Source of the DNA: a virus
DNA: 64,000 nt
Reading direction: 5' to 3' (one strand)
IMG/VR virus record: IMGVR_UViG_3300025530_000002
Position 1 is the stretch's first letter, and the number at the start of each line of letters is the position of its first letter. The translations under genes and the position numbers were made by a program. Shown one piece after another: positions 1 through 7,778 of the stretch. A model generated the notes under the pieces. The model was not told the origin of the DNA and did no database searches. It worked only from the letters and a program-made list of their open reading frames with translations.

Positions 1-224
1 CGCTCCACCAGCGCCTCTTCCACGATTGCGGACCGCTGTTGCGCGGCGGCGAGGGCTGCTCTTGCGCGCTCGATGACTTTTGGTCTCTCCTCCATCTCAA
101 GACACGTCTCCAGCGCCTCGCACAGCGCCTCGACCTTGGTCTGTAGCGCCTCGGCTGCGGCATAGGCGGCGCGCGCCGCCTGTTCACTCGACTGGAAGCT
201 AATTCGCCAAGATTCGTAGCTCAC
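1..224 (-). CDS. hypothetical coiled-coil protein, partial (3' end runs off the window)
   Basis: GTG at 222-224 overlaps the TGA (221-223) of the upstream gene. Reads VSYESWRISFQSSEQAARAAYAAAEALQTKVEAL... with no stop down to position 1. Absent from the ORF track because it is truncated. Confidence 0.4.
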   Translation of the reverse strand, partial: MSYESWRISFQSSEQAARAAYAAAEALQTKVEALCEALETCLEMEERPKVIERARAALAAAQQRSAIVEEALVE

Positions 225-499
225 TTCCGTTCCTCCTGTTCCAGCGCAGCACGGGCCTTGGCAAACACTTCCTCGTCGTACATGCCGGACTTGCTGAACA
301 CGTCCACCAGCTCCCGCAATGCTTCCGCCAGTCGCTCGGCGCGTTCTTCGGCCCACAGGCGTTCGCGCTCGCTTTGCTCTGCGTATCGCTCCGACCTCTC
401 CACCTCCGCCTTCAGCGCCGCAATCTCGGCGGCCTGTGCGGCGATGAGATGGGCGACGTTCCCCGAAGGCAGCGGCGACAAATCAGTCTTGGTGGTCAT
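221..499 (-). CDS. small coiled-coil protein, MTT..LPLP paralog family (Ea22-like)
   Basis: 92-aa ORF. N-terminus MTTKTDLSPLP resembles three other genes in the window. Heptad-rich A/E/R sequence. ATGA overlap with the upstream small ORF. Confidence 0.7.
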   Translation of the reverse strand: MTTKTDLSPLPSGNVAHLIAAQAAEIAALKAEVERSERYAEQSERERLWAEERAERLAEALRELVDVFSKSGMYDEEVFAKARAALEQEERK

Positions 500-666
500 G
501 TGAGTTCCCTTCGCAAAGTGTTCAGCAGCATCTCATCTGCCTTCAGGCAAATGTCCCTGTATTCGTCGTGAGCCTTCTGTGCGCGCTCGATCCTCTCCGC
601 ATCTCCGCTAAGGCGGGCCTGCCCAAGCTCTGCCGCAAGCTGCATAAGCGTCGCAAAGCTAGCCAC
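496..666 (-). CDS. small hypothetical protein (56 aa)
   Basis: Hand-translated as VASFATLMQLAAELGQARLSGDAERIERAQKAHDEYRDICLKADEMLLNTLRRELT. Its TGA overlaps the ATG of the next gene (ATGA). Below the track size cutoff. Start could be GTG 666 or ATG 645. Confidence 0.35.
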   Translation of the reverse strand: MASFATLMQLAAELGQARLSGDAERIERAQKAHDEYRDICLKADEMLLNTLRRELT

Positions 667-671
667 GACCC

Positions 672-1739
672 TCACGGCTTCGGCTCCTGGTGCTTGGTGG
701 CGAGGGGATCAGCGCCGGCATAAACCGCGCTCGGCGCGTCAGGCCACTCGCGGCGCAGGGTGTCAAAGTCGCCCTCGTTCCATAGGCGCAGGAACGCCCT
801 ACCCTCCGGGTCGTTCAGGGCGAACTGGATCGCTGCCACGGCTGCGGCCTGCTTGCAGTAAGGGCAGCCGATAGGGTTCAAGCCATCGTCGAGCCAGCTG
901 CAGCCGCAGTTGTCGCAGAAGGTGATTGCGGAACGGGTCGTCTGCCGCAGCAGGGCTACTGCGGTGTCGGCGCGCTCAAGCTCTTTGCGCCACCGGGCTT
1001 CCAGGACGTCAATTCCTTTACGGGCGTCCGGCCCGAACAGCTCCTTCAGAACCTCGGACCAGTACGCAGACCCCGGCGCCCACCGGACGGCGCTGGCACC
1101 ATCATCCCGCAGTCGCTCCACCTCCGCCCGCAGCCGCTCGACCTCGGTGCGCAGGTTGTCGGCTTCGGCTTGGGCTGCGCGCGCTTTGGCGCCGTTGCTC
1201 ATCGCTTGCTGAAGATGCTGCTCGGCCTCCGCCCGCAGCGCCTCGATCTTGTCGGTGGAGTCACGAACAGTGTCCTCCAATCGGGTTCGCAAGGCGTCGA
1301 TCTCGGCCTGTAGCGATGCTACGGCGCGGGCGACGTTGGCGCGGGCGTAGTCGTGCATACGGTCAACGAGCATTACGCCCTTGTCGCACTCAAAGTCATC
1401 AGCGGGGATGGTGTAGTTGCTCATCCACTTCGGCAGCGGCAGCAGATCAGTCTCGGTGGTCATGGCTGGCTCCTGGTAATCGGTGGTGGGGGCTGCGGGC
1501 TGCGAAGCGGCGTGTTTCGGATACCGACAACACTCGCGCACCTCGTCCAGCTTGCCCCAGACGCGCAGCACTTCCTCGCTGATGAGCACGTAGCCTTCCG
1601 GCGGCGTGTACCGTGCGATAACAGCCCGAGCGAAGGCGTTGGCCCTTTCGACCACGCCCTCGGCTCCCGTTCCGTACTCATAGATGTGGTCCAGCAGACT
1701 GTCGAACTCGGGCATCCCGACGACGTTGACATCACTCAC
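672..1739 (-). CDS. coiled-coil protein with C-terminal Cys cluster; apparent fusion of two paralog modules
   Basis: 355-aa ORF with a GTG start overlapping the upstream TGA. An internal MTTETDLLPLP...DYARANVARAVASLQAEIDAL module begins at 1463 and is preceded by AGGAG. C-terminus has CDNCGC...CPYC. Confidence 0.75.
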   Translation of the reverse strand: MSDVNVVGMPEFDSLLDHIYEYGTGAEGVVERANAFARAVIARYTPPEGYVLISEEVLRVWGKLDEVRECCRYPKHAASQPAAPTTDYQEPAMTTETDLLPLPKWMSNYTIPADDFECDKGVMLVDRMHDYARANVARAVASLQAEIDALRTRLEDTVRDSTDKIEALRAEAEQHLQQAMSNGAKARAAQAEADNLRTEVERLRAEVERLRDDGASAVRWAPGSAYWSEVLKELFGPDARKGIDVLEARWRKELERADTAVALLRQTTRSAITFCDNCGCSWLDDGLNPIGCPYCKQAAAVAAIQFALNDPEGRAFLRLWNEGDFDTLRREWPDAPSAVYAGADPLATKHQEPKP

Positions 1740-2167
1740 TTCCCTTCCCCCTTCGCCAGCGCGGCTTTGGCCGCCTCATGCGCTCGCATCGGCGTTTCAG
1801 GATCGAAACCCAAGCGCCGATACGTGTCCGCTGATGGAATCCAATTAACCAACACTTTCAGCGCTTCACGCAGCGCATCCCGTTCTTCCACCAGCGTCTG
1901 GACGGTGTCGGGATCGCACGCGGCGATGAGGGCAGCGTTGGCGCGGGCGTTGGGTAGCGCCTGAAGGCGCGCGCCGAATCCAATATAGTCGTCTGGCGTG
2001 ACATCCTCGTACAGCGTGCAGATGATAGGATCGTTCCAGCGGCAGCCCTCGTTTTCCGGCAGGGCGACCGTCACGTAAGGGTAGCTGTCGCCATCGATCA
2101 CGCGCCTTGGGCCGGACGTCGGCCCCATCGCCAACGCCTGGCGGATGTTCGCGTAGGGATCAGTCAT
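1736..2167 (-). CDS. hypothetical protein, C-terminal module paralogous to 63093..63398
   Basis: Internal ATG at 2165-2167 (MTDPYANIRQ...) sits in an ATGACTGA overlap with the upstream stop, with AAGGAG 7 nt upstream. C-terminus LVNWIPSADTYRRLGFDPETPMRAHEAAKAAL matches LVSWIPSADVYRHLGFSPEAPMRAFERARALL. Confidence 0.7.
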   Translation of the reverse strand: MTDPYANIRQALAMGPTSGPRRVIDGDSYPYVTVALPENEGCRWNDPIICTLYEDVTPDDYIGFGARLQALPNARANAALIAACDPDTVQTLVEERDALREALKVLVNWIPSADTYRRLGFDPETPMRAHEAAKAALAKGEGK

Positions 2168-2582
2168 CGCTGCTCTCCTTCGCCAGTGCAGCTTTGATCT
2201 TTCGCCGCATACCCCAGTACGAGCACGTGCACACTCCGACCGAGTGGTCGCACGTGTCAATCTCCTCATCGAGCCAATCCAGCTCGTTGTCGGCGTCCTT
2301 CAGCGCCTCGCGCAGCGTCTCGTTCTCGGCCTTCAGCGATACCAGTGCCTCCCGCAGCGCGTCTCGTTCCAGCACGATGGCCTGCGCAGCCTTGATCGAC
2401 TCGTAGTCGCCATGGACGAACAAGTTCCCGCCACCGGAGCCGACGCCCATCGTCACAGCGGTCATGGGCTGCAACCTCTCCACCTCCGCCGCCAGCCGTT
2501 CGACCTGCCTAACGGCGCACTCGTAGTGCCTCGGGCCCCAGCTCCAGCAGTCGTCGGCGTGGGCGTTTTGGTGGTCAGTCAT
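2160..2582 (-). CDS. hypothetical protein, CWxWGPRHYECA paralog family
   Basis: 140 aa. N-terminus MTDHQNAHADDCWSWGPRHYECAVRQVERLAAEVERL is paralogous to 4232..4546. ATGACTGA junction. Confidence 0.75.
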   Translation of the reverse strand: MTDHQNAHADDCWSWGPRHYECAVRQVERLAAEVERLQPMTAVTMGVGSGGGNLFVHGDYESIKAAQAIVLERDALREALVSLKAENETLREALKDADNELDWLDEEIDTCDHSVGVCTCSYWGMRRKIKAALAKESSDD

Positions 2583-2835
2583 TGCTCAGTCCTCTCAGTT
2601 CCAGCCGTGACTTCACGGCAGCGGCGATCTGGGCTGCAACTGCTTCTCGGCATTCGTTGCAGACTTCTTTGTATTCGATCACTGAACTCTGCCAATTTCT
2701 GTTCGTGCTCACTTCACCCATCGGGTTGCTGCACGGGAGGTAGACTTTCAGGTACAGACCAACAGCTTGAAGATACCATTTCGTCTCCTCTACCCGCGCA
2801 TGACACAAGTCGCAGACAAACACGTTCTCTCTCAT
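2575..2835 (-). CDS. small zinc-ribbon-like protein (CxxC...CxxC)
   Basis: Internal ATG 2833-2835 (MRENVFVCDLCHARVEE...CNECREAV) in an ATGA overlap with the DUF551-like gene. AAGGAGAGCAGC lies upstream. Confidence 0.65.
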   Translation of the reverse strand: MRENVFVCDLCHARVEETKWYLQAVGLYLKVYLPCSNPMGEVSTNRNWQSSVIEYKEVCNECREAVAAQIAAAVKSRLELRGLSND

Positions 2836-3029
2836 TGCTGCTCTCCTTTGGGTGCTGGTGGCGCTGGGCGTTTTCCCTTCGGCATCCAGTGCGTGTAGTA
2901 CGGCGCGTCTGCCCGAGAGAAATGGACGCTGCTTACGTCTGCAAACACTTTGTCGTACACCCACACGGTGCCAGATTCATCCGCATCGTCTACGGTTGGC
3001 CTGCGGTCGGTCATACGAATCCAATTCAT
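2832..3029 (-). CDS. DUF551-like small protein
   Basis: 65 aa. The pattern WIRMTDRRP...VWVYD...YYTHWMPKGKRPAPP is typical of DUF551 phage proteins. Confidence 0.7.
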   Translation of the reverse strand: MNWIRMTDRRPTVDDADESGTVWVYDKVFADVSSVHFSRADAPYYTHWMPKGKRPAPPAPKGEQQ

Positions 3030-3111
3030 ATCGTCGCGGCCTACTCCTCGGTGTGCCCGGCGCGCACTCGTGCCTCTTTGATCTGCTCGGGGATTGGTTG
3101 CTCTGCGGTGC

Positions 3112-3534
3112 TTATCGCTTCTGATCCTTCATCTTTCGCCTCGATTGCTGGGCGAACGCGCTTAACAGCTGGTAGGAAATGCGCTGGATGCTGTACGCCT
3201 CGAATTCGTCGCTGGGTGACTTCTCGCCGATGTCCTCGCAAAACGCTTGCCACACGTGCACGGCCTCGTGGACCAGCAGGGCGGCTACGTCAACGGGAGA
3301 GCGCCGGCTAACGTCTCCTAAGCAAACGACCGCGACCAAGCCGTGATCTTGGTTCTCCAGCAGATGAGTGGTCGCGTCGGCGCGCTTGCCCACCCAAGGA
3401 CGCCGCTGATGGGCCGGAACCTTGAGGTAGTCCAGCACCGCGTGGTAGTCCTTCTCTGTGGTGCACAGGCACAGATACGGGCCGATGATCAGAGAACGGT
3501 CCAGCCAAGGAACTGATCTAGCCTTGCGCTTCAA
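3112..3534 (-). CDS. small HExxH (zincin-like) putative metallopeptidase
   Basis: 140 aa. HEAVH is encoded at 3256-3270 (LLVHEAVHVWQAFCEDIGEKSPSDEFEAYS). No family could be assigned by eye. Confidence 0.7.
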   Translation of the reverse strand: MKRKARSVPWLDRSLIIGPYLCLCTTEKDYHAVLDYLKVPAHQRRPWVGKRADATTHLLENQDHGLVAVVCLGDVSRRSPVDVAALLVHEAVHVWQAFCEDIGEKSPSDEFEAYSIQRISYQLLSAFAQQSRRKMKDQKR

Positions 3535-3550
3535 GTCTGCTCCTCAAAGA

Positions 3551-3886
3551 TCACGGTAAGGCACGCACCTTCGCAAGCGTGCGTTCCGCCAATTCAACCG
3601 CTTCGTCTGTAGGCAATGGGGCTTCATCGTCAAAACCCCGACAGCGCCCATGTGCGTACCACTCCAACGACTGGGCTACTTTTTTCAGCGCCTCTTCCAG
3701 CCGCTCGGCACGGGCCTCGGCTTCGCCGTGTAGTTCCGCCTGTGCGGTGGCAACGCGCTTCCACTCAGCCACCTCCGCCCGCAGCGCTTCGAGTGTGGCG
3801 GCAGCTTCGGAGAGCAGCGAGAAGTCACCGTTCCCGAGTTCATCGGAACCCTCAAAGGCGCGTAGCCGTTCAATCAGGTCAGCCAT
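3551..3886 (-). CDS. coiled-coil protein, M(A/N)DLIERLRA paralog family
   Basis: Internal ATG 3884-3886 (MADLIERLRAFEG...) in an ATGGCTGA overlap with the upstream stop, with a GGAGGGGG RBS. Paralogous N-terminus at 4810..5184. Confidence 0.7.
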   Translation of the reverse strand: MADLIERLRAFEGSDELGNGDFSLLSEAAATLEALRAEVAEWKRVATAQAELHGEAEARAERLEEALKKVAQSLEWYAHGRCRGFDDEAPLPTDEAVELAERTLAKVRALP

Positions 3887-4235
3887 TTCCCCCTCCGTTT
3901 GCCGCTGCGATGGCGGCATCTCCGCACATCGTTGGATCTGACATATCCTCGCGCAGGGCCTCGTCCAGCGGCATGTGAGTAACTCCCAGCCACCCCAGGT
4001 ACTTGATGGCACAGCGCCTCATAGCCTCGTTTTCGCGTGCAAGCGCATCCCTCTCCGCCAGCAGCTCGCACAGGGCGGCGCGATGCTTGTCTATGCTCTC
4101 GTACATGGCTAGCTCGAAGCGGCGGTCCTCGTCCGTATGGCAGCCGAACCCCCTTTTGGCCTGAGTCGCGCCCAGCAGACGTGCCGCCTCCACCAGTTCG
4201 TCCAGCTCCCGCAGCACTTCGATGTTCGTGTTCAT
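3879..4235 (-). CDS. hypothetical protein
   Basis: 118-aa ORF with balanced composition. Start overlaps the stop of 4232..4546. Confidence 0.7.
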   Translation of the reverse strand: MNTNIEVLRELDELVEAARLLGATQAKRGFGCHTDEDRRFELAMYESIDKHRAALCELLAERDALARENEAMRRCAIKYLGWLGVTHMPLDEALREDMSDPTMCGDAAIAAANGGGNG

Positions 4236-4546
4236 GGCTCGGCTCCCTCGCCCAATCGCTCGCGCAGGGCAGGAATGAGTTCCTTGCGCTCATCCGCATT
4301 GGTGCCGCAGCGAAGTTCTAAAGCTTCCAGCGCCTGCCGCAGCAGGGCTTCATCGCGCTGTTCGCGTTCTTCCAGTTCCCGCAGCGCCTCCGCCAGTCGC
4401 GCGGCGCGGGCTTCGGCTTCGGCCTTTGCGGCGGAAACGCGCTCCCACTCGGCCACCAGCAGCCTGATTTCCTCGATCGCGCACTCGTAGTGCCTCGGGC
4501 CCCAGCCCCAGCAGCTGGGGGCATGCGTGATCTGGCGGTCAGTCAC
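4232..4546 (-). CDS. hypothetical protein, CWxWGPRHYECA paralog family
   Basis: 104 aa, GTG start. MTDRQITHAPSCWGWGPRHYECAIEEIRLL. GTGACTGA junction preceded by AAGGAGAGCAGC. Confidence 0.75.
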   Translation of the reverse strand: MTDRQITHAPSCWGWGPRHYECAIEEIRLLVAEWERVSAAKAEAEARAARLAEALRELEEREQRDEALLRQALEALELRCGTNADERKELIPALRERLGEGAEP

Positions 4547-4817
4547 TGCTGCTCTCCTTTTTTCTGTGGCTGTGGTTCACAAAGCCCCAGATTCCGCGCG
4601 GTTTGTTGCTATCCTCATAGCCCTCGCAAGAGGGGCAAAGCGGCGCTCCGCAAACGAACTGACCGGCATAGCTGCATTCATGGTCGGCTTGATTCCCGCA
4701 CACACAGCACTTTTTCTGGAGGTGCGTATCGCAGAAATCTCCTTGACTTGTGGCTGCGTTGCACCGCCCGACCCAAGCGACGACAAATTTGCATTTGTTT
4801 TCGTGTCGGTCAGTCAC
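4539..4817 (-). CDS. Cys-rich (zinc-binding?) small protein
   Basis: Internal GTG 4815-4817 in a GTGACTGA overlap. VTDRHENKCKFVVAWVGRCNAATSQGDFCDTHLQKKCCVCGNQADHECSYAGQFVCGAPLCPSCEG. The track ORF's N-terminal extension overlaps the upstream gene. Confidence 0.65.
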   Translation of the reverse strand: MTDRHENKCKFVVAWVGRCNAATSQGDFCDTHLQKKCCVCGNQADHECSYAGQFVCGAPLCPSCEGYEDSNKPRGIWGFVNHSHRKKESSSD

Positions 4818-5184
4818 CCTTTGCCCTCCAGTCTGGAACCGCCATCCACGCCACGATGTCGTCCCGGTCCACATCACGGAAATCCCGACCCCACTCGGCA
4901 GGCCAAGAATTGGTGGTCTTGGCGTACCACATACCGACCTCGACGTTGTCCTTACTGTCGCGGGCCACGTACAGCCCTTCGGTGACAGGGTCTTCGCCTT
5001 CTTGCCAACCGCAGGCGTCCATAGCGAAGTCAACACCTTCCTTCCACGCTTTGTCGACAGCTTTTCGCAGCGTGGCCATCTCTTCCCGCGCCGCTTCGAG
5101 CGCGTCGGCGGCTTCTTCCGCAACGGAAACGTCGGAGTGTTCGTACCGAGCCAGTGCCCGCAGCCTCTCGATCAAGTCGTTCAT
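4810..5184 (-). CDS. coiled-coil N-terminus plus DUF551-like C-terminus
   Basis: Internal ATG 5182-5184 (MNDLIERLRALARYEH...). C-terminus ...DIVAWMAVPDWRAKGD resembles DUF551. Confidence 0.7.
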   Translation of the reverse strand: MNDLIERLRALARYEHSDVSVAEEAADALEAAREEMATLRKAVDKAWKEGVDFAMDACGWQEGEDPVTEGLYVARDSKDNVEVGMWYAKTTNSWPAEWGRDFRDVDRDDIVAWMAVPDWRAKGD

Positions 5185-5186
5185 GT

Positions 5187-5384
5187 TCAGTCCCGACTCC
5201 TGTTGCTCCAAAAAACAAGCCCCCAGCAGCAACCTCCGACGAAACACGCGGCGAAAACTGCGAACCACACTCCACGATCAAGCCCGGCAACCAGGCTAGC
5301 GAACGTCATGAAGGTGGCTACAGGGACTCCAGGGTGGTCTCTCAGGCGCTGCCAGTAAGTACGGCGAATTTCGCGGTCAGCCAC
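5187..5384 (-). CDS. small membrane protein (2 predicted TM segments)
   Basis: 65 aa, GTG start in a GTGGCTGA overlap. Hydrophobic stretches VATFMTFASLVAGL and VWFAVFAACFVGGCCWGLVFW. Confidence 0.55.
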   Translation of the reverse strand: MADREIRRTYWQRLRDHPGVPVATFMTFASLVAGLDRGVWFAVFAACFVGGCCWGLVFWSNRSRD

Positions 5385-5652
5385 TCTTCGCCGCTCCGTT
5401 GTCGACGCCGATCTGGAAAGGCGTCTTGATCGGCAGGTCTTTGATCGCCTCGTATATGTGCGTCGCGGTCTCCATGTCGCCGCACACCAGAAAGAAAGGG
5501 ATGTCGAAGCAGTGCCATTTGCCGGGCTGAATGTTCGACGCGACAGCCTGCTGCCGCGGCTTCATGTACTCGACAAGCTCAGGCGGAAAAGTCACGCCTG
5601 CGCGGCGCTGGATGTCCTCGACACTCAGGTTTCCAAGATAGATGCAGCTCAC
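5377..5652 (-). CDS. hypothetical protein
   Basis: 91 aa, GTG start with AGGAGG 8 nt upstream. Balanced composition. Confidence 0.7.
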   Translation of the reverse strand: MSCIYLGNLSVEDIQRRAGVTFPPELVEYMKPRQQAVASNIQPGKWHCFDIPFFLVCGDMETATHIYEAIKDLPIKTPFQIGVDNGAAKSG

Positions 5653-5676
5653 CCTTCATCCCTCCTAAACGTGTTT

Positions 5677-5717
5677 AAAAAACCTCCTCGTCCCCAGGGG
5701 AGAAGAGACGAGGAGGA
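5677..5717 (-). terminator. rho-independent terminator
   Basis: On the minus strand: CCTCCTCGTC (loop) GACGAGGAGG followed by TTTTTT. The 10-bp stem is at 5683-5692 / 5708-5717 and the T-run at 5677-5682. Confidence 0.6.
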
Positions 5718-5765
5718 CCCTTTCTCCCGGGCTGGGGGTGCGCCCGGGACCACTGGGCCAGTGGA

Positions 5766-6095
5766 TCAGTTGGCCTGGCGAATGATACGCGCGGGCGCCA
5801 TCGCCTTGGCGACGATGTCGCGCGCTGCGGCCTCGATCTCGACGAGCGACGGCATGTCGTCGTCCCTGCCGAAAGCTCGGCCGATCCAGATGCCCAGCGG
5901 CTCGGCCACCTCATACGCCCAGACGCCCGGCCATTCGCCCTGTATTTCCTCGTACAGGCGGGCCAGCACTCGCGCGGTATCTTCCAACACCAACGCACGT
6001 TCAACAGACAGCGCCGTGGCGCGGCCAGTCTCGGCTGCCCCTTGCGTCCAACCACACACCAGTAGGGCGAAGTCTGCGGGGTCATAATCGGTCAT
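5766..6095 (-). CDS. hypothetical protein
   Basis: 109-aa ORF (MTDYDPADFALL...) with a GGAGA RBS. Confidence 0.7.
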   Translation of the reverse strand: MTDYDPADFALLVCGWTQGAAETGRATALSVERALVLEDTARVLARLYEEIQGEWPGVWAYEVAEPLGIWIGRAFGRDDDMPSLVEIEAAARDIVAKAMAPARIIRQAN

Positions 6096-6116
6096 GTTGG
6101 ATCTCCTCTGGATCGG

Positions 6117-6398
6117 TCAGGCGCCGTGCGCGAGGGCCCCGGCCACCAGCAAGGCTTCTGCGAACCTGTAGTAGCGTCGGGCCTCCGTGAGCGTCCTGAA
6201 GGTCTCCCAGAAGCGCCTGACCTTCTTCTCGTGGTCGTACGCCCGCACGTGGTAGACGCTATGCCGATACAACAGCGTGACTTGGACGGAGCCGTAATAC
6301 TTCTCCTCCATGTACCCGCAGGCCAAGGCGTACGGGGTGAGCCACCCGTCTTTCGTGTAGAACCTCGGGTGCGTCAGATGGCGCGGATCAACCTTCAT
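6117..6398 (-). CDS. hypothetical protein
   Basis: 93-aa ORF, Y/H/R-rich but non-repetitive. Confidence 0.7.
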   Translation of the reverse strand: MKVDPRHLTHPRFYTKDGWLTPYALACGYMEEKYYGSVQVTLLYRHSVYHVRAYDHEKKVRRFWETFRTLTEARRYYRFAEALLVAGALAHGA

Positions 6399-6401
6399 GG
6401 T

Positions 6402-7307
6402 TCAGTAGTGCTCCGCTTCGGCTCGGGTGATGTAAAAGTGGATGCCCGACGCGCACTCCTGGCGCCAGTCGTCCTCGAACCGGTCCGCCACGACGCGCTC
6501 GCCTACGCGGTATGTGGTCTTGCCGTCGTGCAGACTGATGCCGACCTCACCGCCGATGACCTCAAGCACGTCCGCGAACTCGGCCCGGCACTTGCGCCCG
6601 AACGCGTGGGACCGCTTCGCGTCAGCAGGAATGCGCAGCTTGACGAGCACGCCATCCTGGCACTTCTTCCATCCGATCAGATCACCGTCTGGAAGGATTC
6701 GGGTCCTGGCAAAGGCCAGTTCGGTAAGATCGACTTTGGCCAGGTGTGCTTCGGACAGGTCCGCGCCGATGAGGTCCGCATTGTCCAGGCGCGCTCCGGT
6801 CAGGTCCGCATTGCGTAGGACTGCGCCGGACAGCCTCGCGCGAGACAGGTTTGCGCCGCGCAGATCCGCGTGAGGCAGGTCTGCGCCGCGCAGGTTCGCA
6901 TCAAACAGGCGTGCGTCACGCAGGTCTGCGTAGGGCAGACTCGCTCCGACCAAAACTGCGTAAGACAGGTTTGCGCCGTACAAGTTCGCGCGCATCAGAG
7001 ACGCGCGGGGCAGGTACGCGCCGTGCAGGCTTGCGTAAGACAGGTTCGCATTGTCCAGAATTGCGCGAGACAGGTTTGCGCCGCACAGGTCTGCGTCTAC
7101 CAGGTTCGCGCCGTCCAGGTTCGCGTGGGACAGGTTCGCGCTGCACAGGTATGCTTCGGCCAGAGCCTCGCCATTCGGGTCTACGTTGTACGCGCATTGG
7201 ACTGCGTACCCGAGCTGCTCGCCGTAGCTTTTCCTGGCGATCTCTGCAGGCAGTTCACACTCGAACTGGACTTTGCCGTTCCATCGATTCATGATTGCGA
7301 ATTTCAT
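6402..7307 (-). CDS. pentapeptide-repeat protein with a globular C-terminal domain (DUF5758-like)
   Basis: 301 aa. About 30 consecutive A(D/N)LxX pentapeptides (ANLSHANLDGANLVDADLCGANLSRA...). C-terminus ...GWKKC...GIHFYITRAEAEHY resembles the domain often fused to phage pentapeptide proteins. Confidence 0.9.
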   Translation of the reverse strand: MKFAIMNRWNGKVQFECELPAEIARKSYGEQLGYAVQCAYNVDPNGEALAEAYLCSANLSHANLDGANLVDADLCGANLSRAILDNANLSYASLHGAYLPRASLMRANLYGANLSYAVLVGASLPYADLRDARLFDANLRGADLPHADLRGANLSRARLSGAVLRNADLTGARLDNADLIGADLSEAHLAKVDLTELAFARTRILPDGDLIGWKKCQDGVLVKLRIPADAKRSHAFGRKCRAEFADVLEVIGGEVGISLHDGKTTYRVGERVVADRFEDDWRQECASGIHFYITRAEAEHY

Positions 7308-7322
7308 GGCCTGACCTTTTGC

Positions 7323-7661
7323 TTACGGGATGATCTCCAGGCGCCAACCTGTGCAGCACGCCCGCAGCTGCTCATACACCTCGTGCGACACGTTGATGCA
7401 CCCATCGGTGACGGGCGGGCGCTTCGTTCGCTGCAGCAGCTGTTCACGCGCAGGGCTGGGCGGACGATGAATGGCGAACACGCCGCCTCTGCCATCGCGG
7501 GCGAACTCCAGCACATCGCCCCCGTACTGAGGCGCAGACACCTCCAGACGGCGGAGCTGAAACGCGCCGTGCGGTGTATCAGGTCCGACGAGCGCCGGGT
7601 GGCACATGCCGGCAAAGCACAGTAGAGCTTCGCTGAGTAGGACGTGGATCGTCGTGCTCAT
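7323..7661 (-). CDS. small secreted protein with an L,D-transpeptidase (YkuD/Tlde1-like) motif
   Basis: Internal ATG 7659-7661. Signal-like N-terminus MSTTIHVLLSEALLCFAGMC. FAIH...TDGCINVSHEVYEQL resembles the H...(S/T)xGC(I/V) catalytic motif. The start is uncertain. Confidence 0.55.
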   Translation of the reverse strand: MSTTIHVLLSEALLCFAGMCHPALVGPDTPHGAFQLRRLEVSAPQYGGDVLEFARDGRGGVFAIHRPPSPAREQLLQRTKRPPVTDGCINVSHEVYEQLRACCTGWRLEIIP

Positions 7662-7778
7662 GCGGGGCTTCCAGATAGGTGGTGGGCGGCGCCCTGCTGC
7701 TCGGGGCAGGCATCTGGGGAGAGACGCAGCAGGACGCCGCTTTGGCGTCTCACGACGCGACGGAGCCACCCCTCCGCG

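Noticed and set aside
6442-7625. Plus-strand ORFs of 143, 147 and 251 aa with repetitive VRQV/GLRR content
   Set aside because: They are antisense readings of the pentapeptide-repeat gene, and their periodicity simply reflects the 15-nt repeat.
7662-7778. Terminator between the secreted-protein gene and the L,D-transpeptidase-like gene
   Set aside because: Only a 6-7-bp stem is present (GACGCC-GCTTT-GGCGTC, around 7733-7749), with no U-run on the transcribed strand, which is too weak to call.
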